Origin: Terriglobia bacterium
Lineage (GTDB): Bacteria; Acidobacteriota; Terriglobia; UBA7540
Length of the DNA stretch: 64,000 nt
Assembly: GCA_050012175.1 (NCBI GenBank)
Contig: JBEKHR010000029.1
Coordinates: forward strand, 1,205-65,204
Direction: 5' to 3'
Under the pieces are notes generated by a model. That model was not told where the DNA came from. It did not search any database and saw only the letters and a program-made list of their open reading frames with translations. Each line of letters starts with the position of its first letter. Position 1 is the first letter of the stretch. Made by a program: the position numbers and the translations under genes. Positions 45,605 through 56,223 of this stretch are shown here, piece by piece.

Positions 45605-46073
45605 GAGGTTGGGTAGGTGTATCGCGAACAGGATAGACGACTCAAACTCAAAAGGCAATCGCGGTATCGAGACATCATCAAGGCAACCGATGGGGTGGGC
45701 GTCAAGACGTTGGAGATGTCGAGTTTCTCAGACTCTTCCGGGAGGTCGAACGCCATGTGCGCGCGGGGCACACGCTCGCGGCCCCGGCTGATGGCTCTGA
45801 ACTCCAAGTGCAATCCCGACAGGAAAATAGGCGGAGATTTCTTTTGTGGTCGCCGGAGGCGGGATCCTATGGCGAATTCCGCGCGGTGAGAACTCATACC
45901 AGCGACTAAGGCCGGCAAACTCCGTTAAGACGGTGGCAGAAAATCACCGCCAGGCGCCGATCAGTCACGACCCGCGCGTTGCCACCTTGTTGTAATGGCC
46001 CCGCTTGTGTCTGCCCGCGTGATAACGAAACAAATGCGGCTACAAGACCCGTCCCTTAGAAAAGGGAAGCGGG

Positions 46074-46505
46074 CTAATCTTTGTAAAGCCAGCCTGCCAC
46101 CAGCGACGCCATGATCGCTCCCAGCCAGAGGTCGAGCATCCACCAGAGCGGTAAGAAGCGGCTTATCGGCAACCACGAGGCGATTGTCAGGTTCATGGGA
46201 AACCCTGCCGCGAAGCCCACCAGCAGCCCGACCGTCAGCGCCGTGCCCGGGCCGGCGCCGCGCGTCGCACGCACTGAAGAGTAGAGCCAGGCGACAACGT
46301 AGGAGAGAAGGAAGATCGTGACGAACCAATAAACCAGGAACAAGGGAAAGGGATATCGCCCTTTGCTGAGCATCGTTCCCGATCTCGACGCAGCCGTATG
46401 CCACGGTTCGAGAATCACCATGTTGACGATAGTGCTCCAGATGCACCAGACCACGCCTCCGGCCAGAGCACCCAGGGCTACTCGACGTGTGTTGACTGTT
46501 GCCAT
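46074..46505 (-). CDS. small integral membrane protein, unknown function
   Basis: 143 aa with four hydrophobic helices. Confidence 0.55.
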   Translation of the reverse strand: MATVNTRRVALGALAGGVVWCIWSTIVNMVILEPWHTAASRSGTMLSKGRYPFPLFLVYWFVTIFLLSYVVAWLYSSVRATRGAGPGTALTVGLLVGFAAGFPMNLTIASWLPISRFLPLWWMLDLWLGAIMASLVAGWLYKD

Positions 46506-46637
46506 GCATCACCTCTACTGAATTGAAAGTCTCGGGGAAAAACTCCAACGGACGCTCATGTTACGCGCCCAACTTCGGGAGGTCAAGCAATAGCACCATT
46601 TTCGAAAATCTTCGTGCCTTGCGACGAATTTCTGCAA

Positions 46638-48317
46638 TCATGGCACCCGCGTAATGGCTCCTTCCGATGCGGAGGAGACCAGCGCGGCATATTTGGCAAA
46701 CACACCTGTTTTGTACCGCGGCTCGGGCTCACGCCAGTTGGCCAGTCTATTCTTGATCTCCTCATCGGCCAGTTCAACATCGAGGCGTCGCTTCTCGATA
46801 TCGAACACTACAACATCGCCATCGGCGACCGCTGCAACGGGACCGCCGCGGGCGGCCTCGGGAGCCACGTGACCCACCATCAGTCCATGCGTCGCGCCGC
46901 TGAACCGGCCGTCGGTGAGCAACCCGACCGAGTCGCCCAATCCCTCCCCCACCAGCGCTCCCGTCACGCCCAGCATCTCGCGCATGCCCGGGCCGCCCCG
47001 CGGGCCTTCGTAACGGATCACCAGCACGTCTCCCGCCTGGATGCTCTTGCTCATCACAGCACGCATGGCGTCTTCTTCACAGTCAAACACCCGCGCGGGC
47101 CCACGATGGTAAGTCCTTTCGTACCCCGCCACCTTGACGACGCAGCCTTCCGGTGCGAGGTTCCCTTTCAGGATAACTAGCCCTCCGGTTCTTTTAATCG
47201 GATTGGAGACAGGCCTGATCACGTCCTGGCCCGGCGTCTCAATGGCACGGCGGGCTTCCTCAGCAACTGTTCGCCCGCTGGGAGTCATTTGAGACCCGTC
47301 GATGAGTCCCGCTTCCAGGAGCTTCTTGGCAATCAGGGGGATTCCGCCTGCCCGATGGACATCTACAGCAAGGTACCGCCCACCCGGCTTCAGATCAGCA
47401 ATGATGGGCGTGCGCGAACTGATGGCGTCAAAGTCGTCGATCGTAAGCGGAACTCCAGCCTCGCGAGCCATGGCCAGCAGGTGGAGCACGGCGTTGGTTG
47501 AACCACCCGTCGCCGCCACACTCGCAATGGCGTTCTCAAACGCTTTCCTCGTAAGGATGTCGAGTGGCCGCACGCCTCGCCGGAGCAAATCCATCACCAT
47601 CTCGCCGGTGCGGTAAGCAACTTCATTCTTCAGGGGGTCCAGGGCCGGCACGCTATTCCCGCCCATGGGCGAAAGGCCGATGAATTCCATCACCGTGGAC
47701 ATAGTATTGGCCGTGTATTGGCCGCCGCAGGCGCCGGCGCCAGGACAGGCATGGTCCTCGAGGTCCTTAAGCTCGGCGTCCGTCATCTTCCCCGCGGCAT
47801 GTGCGCCCACGGCTTCGTACACGTCCCCAATCGCAACGTCGTGACCCTGGAACCGTCCTGGGGCAATCGACCCGCCGTACAGGACAATGCCCGGCACGTT
47901 TAGGCGAATCAGCGCCATCGCGCCTCCGGGGATTGTCTTGTCGCATCCGACCAGCGCCACCATGGCGTCAAACATGTGGCCGCGGCCCAGCAACTCGATC
48001 GAGTCGGCGATGACTTCGCGGCTCACCAGCGAAGCCTTCATACCTTCCGTGCCCATCGTCACGCCGTCGGAAATCGCAATGGTGTTGAACTCCATGGGCG
48101 TTCCACCCGCCGCGCGCACGCCTTCTTTCACTTTTGCGGCCAGCTCGCGGAGATGGAAATTGCAAGGCATGGTTTCAATCCAGGTATTCGCGATTCCAAC
48201 TATCGGCTTCGCCAAGTCGGCATCCGTGAAACCAATTGCCTTTAACATGGACCGAGCGCCCGCCCGGTCTCGTCCGTCGGTGATGGTGCGACTGCGGTGC
48301 TTTGGATCAAGCGGCAT
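46638..48317 (-). CDS. ilvD: dihydroxy-acid dehydratase
   Basis: [30 protein letters not shown]...GCDKTIPG...[13 protein letters not shown]. Start at the internal Met; the ORF track extends to 48404. Confidence 0.95.
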   Translation of the reverse strand: MPLDPKHRSRTITDGRDRAGARSMLKAIGFTDADLAKPIVGIANTWIETMPCNFHLRELAAKVKEGVRAAGGTPMEFNTIAISDGVTMGTEGMKASLVSREVIADSIELLGRGHMFDAMVALVGCDKTIPGGAMALIRLNVPGIVLYGGSIAPGRFQGHDVAIGDVYEAVGAHAAGKMTDAELKDLEDHACPGAGACGGQYTANTMSTVMEFIGLSPMGGNSVPALDPLKNEVAYRTGEMVMDLLRRGVRPLDILTRKAFENAIASVAATGGSTNAVLHLLAMAREAGVPLTIDDFDAISSRTPIIADLKPGGRYLAVDVHRAGGIPLIAKKLLEAGLIDGSQMTPSGRTVAEEARRAIETPGQDVIRPVSNPIKRTGGLVILKGNLAPEGCVVKVAGYERTYHRGPARVFDCEEDAMRAVMSKSIQAGDVLVIRYEGPRGGPGMREMLGVTGALVGEGLGDSVGLLTDGRFSGATHGLMVGHVAPEAARGGPVAAVADGDVVVFDIEKRRLDVELADEEIKNRLANWREPEPRYKTGVFAKYAALVSSASEGAITRVP

Positions 48318-48433
48318 TATTGCCTCCAGGGTAATCAGCCTACGAAATGAAACCTGACGCAGTGCTGAGCTGCAAATGTTCGCAGATTCGCCCCGAGGGA
48401 GCAAGCATCGTTTTCATAAGGAGGGTGAGGGAG

Positions 48434-49870
48434 CTAACTGAGTTGTTTTCGAGCCTCGTCGAGCGCGCCAATTAAGGCTGCGATGTCATCTCCGCTTGTC
48501 CGGTAGTTGGTGATGCAGGCCCGAAGCACGGGCACTGAGTTGGCCAGGCGGGTAGTTGAAATCCAGGCTTTTCCAGAGCCGACAACTTTCATGGCCACCG
48601 CGTGCAGGTAGGCAGCGGAGCGGCCCTCCGCATGGCGCCGGTCAATGAAGCAACAGAGGGGCAATGGCGTTTCGTTAACAACCTGCCAGCCCGAGGCTTC
48701 GAGTTGCTCCCGCAGCAGCGCGCCCATGGCCACCATCTGGCGGATGGCCGTGGCGTATCCCTCCCAACCAGCTACGGCCAGCGAGAGAAACACCTTCAGA
48801 CCGATGGCCCGGCGGGACCACTGGATCGAGTGCATAAAAGGATCGACCACGTCCAATTCCGCCGCCTCGCGCGGCATATACGTTACGGCGGTGCGGAATG
48901 TTCGATCGAGGATATCGGTGTGCCGGGTGATGTAGATTCCCGCGCCCATGGGCACAGAAAGCCACTTGTGCGCGTCGAAGGTAAGGGAATCAGATCGCTC
49001 GATGCCCTCCAATAGAGAACGCATTTCGGGGACCAATGCTGCCGCCCCGCCCCACGCCGCGTCCACGTGAAGCCATAGTTTTTCGCGCGCGGCCACCTCT
49101 GCGAGGGCGGCAAGGGGATCAATCACTCCCGCGTTGGTGGTTCCCGCAGTTGCGACCACCATGAAAGGCGCGAAGCCCTGGCCACGGTCCTGGGCGATTC
49201 TCGAAACTAGGACTTCCGGATTCATGCGCAGGCTGTCATCCACTGGAATCTCGTGCACGGCATCCGTCCCCAGCCCGCACAGTCGAGCCACCTTCAGCAA
49301 GGAATGATGCGCCTCTGCGGAAACGTAGAGAACGGGCTGAGCGGCAAGCGCTCGGACGCCACGGCAGGAGAATTCCGGAAACGTCTGCACCAAAGCGGTG
49401 AGGACCGCCGTATGGTTGGCTTCCATGCCACCTGAAGCAAAAGTTCCATCGGTCTGCGCGGGGTCGTAACCAAATCGAGCACCGAAGGCACGCACCAGAT
49501 GCTGTTCAACCTCGATGGCCAGTGGGCTGTGGCTCCAGGCGGCGAGTTGGGGGTTAAAGGCCGCAACCAGGGCGTCCCCAGCGATGCCCATGGTAGTCGG
49601 TGCGGGGTTGAATAGTCCGTAATAGCGGGGATGCGGTGTGTGGGTTTGAAACTTCCACAGACCCTCGACAAGAAAATCGAGGGCCTCGAAAGCATCCATC
49701 GGCGCGGAGAAATCGAAGCGCGAGAGCAAGGCGCGGAGCTTCACGGGATCGAGCGGAGGGGTGACTCGGCCGGTCTCCAGCTTTGTGGCGTAGGTTTCAA
49801 TAGCGTCCACCAATTGCCGCCAAAGTCTGGCGCGAGTCTCAGCATCAAGCATCAAAGGCGGGGCAGCCAT
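48434..49870 (-). CDS. pyridoxal-phosphate-dependent decarboxylase (group II family)
   Basis: 478 aa. GGMEANHTAV..., with the PLP-lysine context SLTFDAHKWLSVPMGAGI. The substrate cannot be determined from the sequence. Confidence 0.75.
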   Translation of the reverse strand: MAAPPLMLDAETRARLWRQLVDAIETYATKLETGRVTPPLDPVKLRALLSRFDFSAPMDAFEALDFLVEGLWKFQTHTPHPRYYGLFNPAPTTMGIAGDALVAAFNPQLAAWSHSPLAIEVEQHLVRAFGARFGYDPAQTDGTFASGGMEANHTAVLTALVQTFPEFSCRGVRALAAQPVLYVSAEAHHSLLKVARLCGLGTDAVHEIPVDDSLRMNPEVLVSRIAQDRGQGFAPFMVVATAGTTNAGVIDPLAALAEVAAREKLWLHVDAAWGGAAALVPEMRSLLEGIERSDSLTFDAHKWLSVPMGAGIYITRHTDILDRTFRTAVTYMPREAAELDVVDPFMHSIQWSRRAIGLKVFLSLAVAGWEGYATAIRQMVAMGALLREQLEASGWQVVNETPLPLCCFIDRRHAEGRSAAYLHAVAMKVVGSGKAWISTTRLANSVPVLRACITNYRTSGDDIAALIGALDEARKQLS

Positions 49871-49873
49871 GTG

Positions 49874-50728
49874 TTATTCCGATTCTCCATTCTTGCGCGC
49901 CGCTTCCCACGCAAGGATAGCCTTCTTTCGAGCCGCTCCCCAATGATAATCACCGGTAATCCCCATCTTGCGGATAGCCCTGTGGCAAGGAATGAGGAAA
50001 GATATGGGGTTCCGGCCCACCGCGCTGCCCACAGCCCGTGCGGCCGACGGCTTCCCAAGTTGGCGCGCCAGGTCTTCATAGCACACCATGGAACCCGGCG
50101 GAATCCTGAGCAGGGCTTCCCAGACTTTGACTTGGAAGTTTGTGCCCATCAACAACAGCTTCACAGGATTACTGCCGTTTCTTTTCTTGGGACTGAAAAC
50201 TCTATCGATAGTGATCCGGGTCTTCCGCGGATTCTGTTGAAACTCTGCCGCCGGCCATCTTCGCTTGAAGTCCTCGAGAGCTTCTGCGCGACCCCCTTGC
50301 CCCACGAAACCCAATCCGCAAATCCCACGCTCGGTAACCGCGAGAAGACACTCACCGAAGGGGCTGGGGTGGTATCCGTAACTGATCTTGCAGCCTGCCC
50401 CTTTGGCCTTGAACTCTCCAGGAGTCATTGCCTCGACATTCACGAAAAGGTCGTGCAGGCGGCTTGGGCTGGACAACCCGGCATCATAGGCGGCGTCCAG
50501 CACGCTCCGGGATTCCTCGAGGACCTTCTTGGCATGTTCCAGTGTCAGAAACTGTACCAAGCGCTTGGGACTGATGCCTGCCCAGCGCCGAAAGAGCCGC
50601 TGGAAGTGATATTCGCTCAGGTTGACGTTCCGCGCCACCTCGTCCAAACTCGGCTGGTGGTGATAGTTCTCCGCTAGAAACTGTATGGTTTTCTCGATGC
50701 GTCGATAATCTTCCGCCTTCGTTTGCAT
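49874..50728 (-). CDS. AraC-type HTH domain fused to methylated-DNA-protein-cysteine methyltransferase (Ada/Ogt-like)
   Basis: AraC HTH (LDEVARNVNLSEYHFQRLFRRWAGISPKRLVQ) plus the Ogt active site (LIPCHRAIR). ATG at 50728 preceded by GGGAGGGAAA. Confidence 0.85.
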   Translation of the reverse strand: MQTKAEDYRRIEKTIQFLAENYHHQPSLDEVARNVNLSEYHFQRLFRRWAGISPKRLVQFLTLEHAKKVLEESRSVLDAAYDAGLSSPSRLHDLFVNVEAMTPGEFKAKGAGCKISYGYHPSPFGECLLAVTERGICGLGFVGQGGRAEALEDFKRRWPAAEFQQNPRKTRITIDRVFSPKKRNGSNPVKLLLMGTNFQVKVWEALLRIPPGSMVCYEDLARQLGKPSAARAVGSAVGRNPISFLIPCHRAIRKMGITGDYHWGAARKKAILAWEAARKNGESE

Positions 50729-51153
50729 TTTCCCTCCCTGCCATCCTGATCCATCATCGCTAGGATGGAGCGTCGGCGCAACCCGATTCTTGCTGCCGGA
50801 GGATGTTTGAACCCCAATTCGAAGGTTGGAGTTGTTACCGTAGTCCACGGGCGCGCCCAATGCTGTCATCCTAAGTGCCCATGGTCTGATGTGGACGGGA
50901 TTTCAATTCGTCTCACGCGTCTCGCTTTTTTGAAGTGTTCTGCACCAGCAAGATCAAGTTTTCATGTGTTTTCAATGGATTAGAAGAACGCCGGGGATAT
51001 GCGCCGAAGCGCATGAATGTGGCATTTTGAGACACTTGGCGGTTCGCCCGCTTAATAGTACGCTACATTGATAGCCCATCGGTGCAAGGAAACTGCCGGG
51101 ATGCTTCGTCCCCCAAAGAGCGGCGTCCTCAGCATGACATGGGGCTGCACGGC

Positions 51154-51301
51154 AAGTCAAAAGTCAAAAGTCGAAGGTCGAGAGTAGGCTAACTGGAAAC
51201 GAGCGCGACGAATTTCGGATATTCCAGACTGAAAATTAGAAGCTCGACCACAAGGCCGCCAATTTCGATTTTCCAGTTTCTAGTTTCCAGTTTCTAGTTT
51301 C
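51154..51301. repeat. heptad-repeat tracts (AGTCAAA units and GTTTCYA units) with partial inverted pairing
   Basis: AAGTCAAAAGTCAAAAGTCGAAGGTCGAGAG ... TTCGATTTTCCAGTTTCTAGTTTCCAGTTTCTAGTTTC. A related tract in the opposite orientation lies at 58051-58087. Confidence 0.6.
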
Positions 51302-52268
51302 AGCTTTCTGGTCTTTGCGCCGGAAGGCCTTCCGTGTCCGGGGTGACGGCGACGGGACTTGGCCGGTGGGTGATGATGAGCGCTACACCGGCGATGATGG
51401 TGGCGCTGGCAAGCAACTCACGAGCCGTCAATGCCTCGCCGCCTCCAGCCCAACCGAGGAAGACCGCCACGGCCGGGTTCACAAAAGCATAAGTGGAAAC
51501 CCGCGCCGTGGCTACCGTGCGCAACAACCAGATGTAAGCAGTGAAACCGAGCAGCGAGCCCGCCACAATCAGATAGAAAAGACCCAGCAAGGAGCGGAGG
51601 GCGACATCGTGGATATGGAGCTGCCTCCCCTCCCCGCTCAGGACGCCCAGCAACAAGAGCAAGGCGCCGCCGGCCAACATCTCCATGGCCGCCGCCAGAA
51701 AGGGCGAAGGGGGCAATTTCAGCTTGTGCGAGAGAATGGAGCCGAATGACCAGGAAAACGACGAGAACATCAGTACTCCCGCGCCGGCAAGATCCACGCG
51801 CGAGCTACCCCACAGGTGGGCCGGACCCACCAGCAAGGCAAGTCCGGCCCCACCGATAGCCATTCCGCCAACCACCCGCCCCTCCAGCTTCGTGCCGCCT
51901 TTCCTTAAGCTATCGAGCAGGACCATCCAGATGGGGATGGTCGCCAGCAGCAAAGCGGCGAGTCCGGAAGGCACTCGCTGCTCCGCCCAGCACAACCCTC
52001 CATTGCCAATCACCAGGAGCAAAGCCCCTAAAATGGCTGCGCCGGCCCAATGCCGACGGGAGGGCGCGGTCGCCCCACCAGCGCGCGTCAACAGGTACAA
52101 CGTGGCGCCGGCCATAACGAACCGGCACCCCGCCATGAACAACGGAGGGATTGTTTCAACGGCGTATCGGATGGCGAGGTAAGTGGACCCCCAGATGAGG
52201 TAAACGGCTGCGAAGGCGAGCAGAATCTTGGCTCGAGAGGGATGCGCGGTTGGTGTTGTTTCAGACAA
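51300..52268 (-). CDS. EamA/DMT-superfamily transporter
   Basis: 322 aa, 10 predicted TM helices, two EamA-like halves (AVYLIWGSTYLAIRYA...). Confidence 0.8.
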   Translation of the reverse strand: MSETTPTAHPSRAKILLAFAAVYLIWGSTYLAIRYAVETIPPLFMAGCRFVMAGATLYLLTRAGGATAPSRRHWAGAAILGALLLVIGNGGLCWAEQRVPSGLAALLLATIPIWMVLLDSLRKGGTKLEGRVVGGMAIGGAGLALLVGPAHLWGSSRVDLAGAGVLMFSSFSWSFGSILSHKLKLPPSPFLAAAMEMLAGGALLLLLGVLSGEGRQLHIHDVALRSLLGLFYLIVAGSLLGFTAYIWLLRTVATARVSTYAFVNPAVAVFLGWAGGGEALTARELLASATIIAGVALIITHRPSPVAVTPDTEGLPAQRPES

Positions 52269-52293
52269 TGAGCCTCCCCACTTCTCCAGTTCA

Positions 52294-52770
52294 CAGTTGA
52301 CAGTCGACAGTCGACAGTTAACAGATTGCCAATCGTATCGACGTGAACCGAACGGATTATGATGCGGGGAAAAAGTGACGGAGTAAATAGGTTTCAGGGG
52401 CCAGGTGTCAGGGGCCAGGTGTCAGGGGCTGGGGGCTTGGGTCCGGGCCAATCTTGAATTCTGAATTCAGGACTGCACTCTCTCACCACGTCGTCCCTAG
52501 TGTCCTGTCCCGCCTTATTGTTGACAACGAGCAGCTTGGCAGGAACCCCCTCACCCGGCCCGCCTCCCGATGAAGTACATCGGGACGGCGGTCCACCCTC
52601 TCCCCCAAGGGGGAGAGGGGCGGGGGAGCGAGGGGGTATTGTGAACAATTAAGTGGGACAGGACACTAGCTCCCAGCCACTAGCCCCCAGCACCATCTTT
52701 TTGAAAGCTGGAAACCAATGGCCGAGAATGAATAACGGACCACTGACAACTGACAACTTCTCTCAGACTG
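52294..52770. repeat. nested ('onion') repeat region: heptad tracts outside, a 163-bp TIR element inside
   Basis: GACAGTC heptads at 52294-52324 and 52751-52770. CAGGGGC/CAGGTGT heptads at 52395-52435. Perfect 15-bp TIRs CTAGTGTCCTGTCCC (52497-52511) and GGGACAGGACACTAG (52645-52659) enclose a GGGGAGAGGG-type palindrome (52544-52638). Confidence 0.7.
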
Positions 52771-52797
52771 ACATGCCGAAACGACCCCCCGATTCAA

Positions 52798-55026
52798 TCA
52801 CATATTCTTCAGCACCCACTGAACGCGCTGCACGGTTGGTTTGGCGACGGCGGGTGCGGGGCCGGTGGCGGTGACGGTGGTTGAGGGGAACCACGGCGGC
52901 GCAAATCCTTGGGTGGCGGCAAACCGTTGGTCGAAGTACACGTTGAAGGTAGTTATGTTGACTCCGTGAGCCGCATTCTCAATCCGACCGCCCACATTGG
53001 TCACGGTGTTGATGGAGCCTTCGTTTGTACTGAAGCCATAATTCTGACCTGCCTTAAGCGCCGCCATAGATGCATCAATCTCCAGGTTGTTGTTTGAATA
53101 ATTGCTGTTGAGGTTGATGTTTCCGTTGGCCGTAAAAAGGCCCAGCACCTGGCCGTTATTGTGCCCGGGGATCAAGGTATCGGCGGGGTCCCCATTGCAA
53201 CAAGCCGGGTTCGTTCCTGCCACAACTTGGTTCTGTGTCGTAGTGACAGGTTCGGTTTTGTAAATCAAATCACCCTCGATATCGATATCGCCATTGGCTG
53301 CAATGGTGATGGCATTGTAATCTTGAATGCCCGCCTGCCCCTGACCTGGGCCGCTCAAACCACCGGGGCAGTTGCTACCATACGAGCAAGAGGCGATATC
53401 GCCGTTCACGTAAATCATGGTGCCTGGCTGCGGCGTACTTCCGCTTAGGTTCATGGGGGCAGCGCAGAAGTTGACGGTAGTGGTCGAACCTGATCCCACC
53501 TTGGTCCCCACCGTAGTAGTGCCGGTCGTTCCCGCAGGACAGTTCCAGGCAGTTGGTGGGGTCGCGAGCGGATCAACCGTGATGGTCGTGGTTGTAGTGT
53601 TACTCCAACTACTCTGTGAAATGGTAAAAACCTGCGCGGACGTTCCGCTGGTCGAAAGCGTTATGCTCGCGTCTCCCTGCACATAGAAGCCGCCCCCATC
53701 GAAGGTGTTAACGCTGCCAGTCGTGGTGTAGGGAATATAAACCCCAGAGGAGGATCCGCTTGGCGGATTGGGATAGGCAGTTCCGGAAGCGGTTTGAAGC
53801 GGAGGGTAATTCGGAGAGCTACCGCTAAGGTTACCGTTGTGCATTTGAGTGGAATTGGGAGCGAGGGAACCCTCGCCCGTGCCTTTGCCATCAAGCACCG
53901 CCCACTGCTGGCTGAAATCATTCGGCGGCAGGGCCTCGGTGTTGAGTCCGACGCTGAAGGGCGGGTTTCCTTCAAAGGTGGGCTTAATCGTCTGCGCTTG
54001 GCTTCCGCTCCCGTACTTGTAACTGCTGGTTGGAGACTGAATGCAGGTGTTTCCAAACCAGAAGTCTGCATCGGCGTTCGCCTGCCCCACGGGGTCGGTA
54101 AAGATATAAGAGCCGCTGGTGCCAAACTGCCAGGCGCCATTCGTAAACTGGGGGCCCGTCAAGGTGCCGGGGACCAGCGGCCCGAGGCAGGGCGGGAACT
54201 GGTCAATGAAGGCACCATAAGCGGCGAAGCTGGGCGTGGAGGTTGGCTGTAGGCCGCTGACAGCCAAAATGATACTTCCAGTCTCGGATACGGTGGTCTG
54301 CTCCGAACCCTGGGCCATTCCCCTGACGCAGAGTTGGTAGTTATAAATATATTTATACCCATTTGGGTTATTATTAGAGTCGTAAGAGGTTATAGTGGGC
54401 GAATTGGGTGCGAGGGAAAAGGTGGTCGGGCACCCCGTAGTGTTAGGAATCACGAAGCTCTCGACCCATGAGTTGGCAGCCTGGCCGGCATTGAGAGAAG
54501 TGGAACTCGCGTACGCCGTCAAAACGCTGCTCAAAACTGTCGCCGCTGCGCCCGCGGGGATCGGATTCGTCGTGAAGGTGCTGGGAACCTGAGCAACGAT
54601 CTGGCTTTGCAACTGTTGCCGGGCGATGTTGAGTCCGGAGTCCGCAGCGTAGAACGATCCTCGGGCGTTGCGGTAATAACCGTTGATCAACATGTCGGAG
54701 CTCGAGGAAAAGACCATCGCCAGGGCCATGAGGCTCATCATGCTCAAGAGCAGCAGGGTGAAGACGAGCGCAAACCCGTGATCTCCATAATGCTGCTTTC
54801 GCAGCCCCGTCAGGGGCGGAATCCCGCGGACGCGGGACCAGGGCGCCAGCCCTGGGTGGAGGGCCCTCACCCCGCCTTCGACACCCCTCTCCCGCGCGAG
54901 CGGGAGAGGGGACGGGGGTGAGGGAGGGTTCGCTGACCCATCCCGCACTGCGGGACCGTGGGCTACATTCTTTCGCCCCGACACGTCGGGGCTGATTTCA
55001 TCAACGAATTCCCCTCTGCCGTTCAT
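52798..55026 (-). CDS. giant PilX-N-domain minor-pilin-like protein (742 aa) with a large Ser/Thr/Gly/Asn-rich extracellular region
   Basis: GFALVFTLLLLSMMSLMALAMVF...SFYAADSGLNIARQQL is a PilX N-terminal-type segment. It is the last gene of the pilin operon. The start is uncertain: the only in-frame ATG (55026) lies upstream of repeat modules that would be translated. Confidence 0.7.
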   Translation of the reverse strand: MNGRGEFVDEISPDVSGRKNVAHGPAVRDGSANPPSPPSPLPLARERGVEGGVRALHPGLAPWSRVRGIPPLTGLRKQHYGDHGFALVFTLLLLSMMSLMALAMVFSSSSDMLINGYYRNARGSFYAADSGLNIARQQLQSQIVAQVPSTFTTNPIPAGAAATVLSSVLTAYASSTSLNAGQAANSWVESFVIPNTTGCPTTFSLAPNSPTITSYDSNNNPNGYKYIYNYQLCVRGMAQGSEQTTVSETGSIILAVSGLQPTSTPSFAAYGAFIDQFPPCLGPLVPGTLTGPQFTNGAWQFGTSGSYIFTDPVGQANADADFWFGNTCIQSPTSSYKYGSGSQAQTIKPTFEGNPPFSVGLNTEALPPNDFSQQWAVLDGKGTGEGSLAPNSTQMHNGNLSGSSPNYPPLQTASGTAYPNPPSGSSSGVYIPYTTTGSVNTFDGGGFYVQGDASITLSTSGTSAQVFTISQSSWSNTTTTTITVDPLATPPTAWNCPAGTTGTTTVGTKVGSGSTTTVNFCAAPMNLSGSTPQPGTMIYVNGDIASCSYGSNCPGGLSGPGQGQAGIQDYNAITIAANGDIDIEGDLIYKTEPVTTTQNQVVAGTNPACCNGDPADTLIPGHNNGQVLGLFTANGNINLNSNYSNNNLEIDASMAALKAGQNYGFSTNEGSINTVTNVGGRIENAAHGVNITTFNVYFDQRFAATQGFAPPWFPSTTVTATGPAPAVAKPTVQRVQWVLKNM
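54864..54925. repeat. GGGGAGAGGG-type palindromic module inside the 5' end of the pilX-like ORF
   Basis: CCCTCACCCC...CCCTCTCCCGCGCGAGCGGGAGAGGGGACGGGGGTGAGGG, followed by the TCCCGCGGACGCGGGA hairpin at 54822-54837. Confidence 0.7.
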
Positions 55027-55035
55027 GACATCACC

Positions 55036-56223
55036 TCAGTCATTCATGCTCAAGTTCCGTGGGTTGACCACCACAGAGGCGCCCTGCACTACGTAAGGCC
55101 CGCCATCAAATGGATTACGGAAAGTGAAGGAAGGGTCCGTGCTGGGTTGGGTGCGCGCGATCAGGGAAACGCGCACGGACCTCACCCGAGAGAACAGATA
55201 GGCCGAATCATAGGGCGGTGGACTTGTGTTGTTGGCGTTGTATTGGGCCGCGTTGTAATTGTATTGGGTTGGCAACGAGTCGGTAACGCTGTTCCAAATC
55301 GTCACTCCGACCTTGAACCCAAGGATCTGGTCCATAACGACCGTGGTGGTGCCCCCTTGGACCCGTTGGAGCTGTGGATCGCTCTGATTCGCAGTACTCA
55401 CCTGGTAGGTGATGGGGGCCAACTGGAGAATCCAATCGCCGCCACAGAACTGAGCTCCAAAATTATTGGGTGTTGGGCAAGTATTACCGTCGCAAGCCGT
55501 GATGTCCAGGGGGTCGTTAGTCTTCCAGTTGGCGCCGGTGTTGGTGCCATCGCTGTTGGTGGCATTGAAGGTGAACTTGACGGCCGACCCCACAACCGTC
55601 GGGGCTGCGGTCAGAACCACCGCCGTCACGCTCTGGCCCGTGCTGGTTAGAAAGAGCAGTTGAGCACCGCTGACGTATTTGGCCGCCGTCGCCGCGAGCG
55701 TAAGCCCGGTGGCAGCTTGACCGTAGGCCACCCCCTTCGATGTGTTTGAGCAGTTCGACGTCCCATTGGCTCCGGTGCTGTCCGTGGCGTTAATAGGGGG
55801 GTAGGTGGTGGAATTGGCGACTGCAAGGATATTGATCTGATCGAAGCAGTTAGTGCCATAGGTGTTGGTCGTGGCGTTGTAACAGGACGTGCCCGCCGCC
55901 GGCACGTTGTTGATGATGGTGGCGCCGATCGGCCAGCTTGGGATGTTGTACCCGACGTAGTATCCTGTGCCTGCATTGGCCAGGTCGAGCTGCAATTGTC
56001 CGACCGCATTGCGGATCCCAATATTGAGACCGACCATGCCTTGTTGCTGGCCGGCGGTCGTACGCATGCGGGAGAAAAGCATGAGGCCGCTGGCGCTCGC
56101 CAAAAGGAAGATGGCCATCGCCACTACCAATTCCAAGAGCGAAAAACCCTTGTCGCGCCGCCCAACCTTGGGGACGTGCCGTGGACCACGGCTCATTGAG
56201 AAAGTTCCTTTCCTTGTCCTCAT
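55036..56223 (-). CDS. prepilin-type N-terminal cleavage/methylation domain protein (PilW-like minor pilin)
   Basis: ...GRRDKG/FSLLELVVAMAIFLLASASGLMLF class-III signal. The ATG at 56223 overlaps the upstream stop (ATGA). Confidence 0.8.
   Translation of the reverse strand: MRTRKGTFSMSRGPRHVPKVGRRDKGFSLLELVVAMAIFLLASASGLMLFSRMRTTAGQQQGMVGLNIGIRNAVGQLQLDLANAGTGYYVGYNIPSWPIGATIINNVPAAGTSCYNATTNTYGTNCFDQINILAVANSTTYPPINATDSTGANGTSNCSNTSKGVAYGQAATGLTLAATAAKYVSGAQLLFLTSTGQSVTAVVLTAAPTVVGSAVKFTFNATNSDGTNTGANWKTNDPLDITACDGNTCPTPNNFGAQFCGGDWILQLAPITYQVSTANQSDPQLQRVQGGTTTVVMDQILGFKVGVTIWNSVTDSLPTQYNYNAAQYNANNTSPPPYDSAYLFSRVRSVRVSLIARTQPSTDPSFTFRNPFDGGPYVVQGASVVVNPRNLSMND

Noticed and set aside
45601-46548. 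ORFs 45601-45918, 45617-45889 and 45961-46548 in and around the ~470-nt gap upstream of the polytopic membrane protein
   Set aside because: They are Arg/Ser/Cys-rich, overlap each other in different frames, and have no motifs. The 46074-46505 membrane-protein frame explains the right-hand part better.
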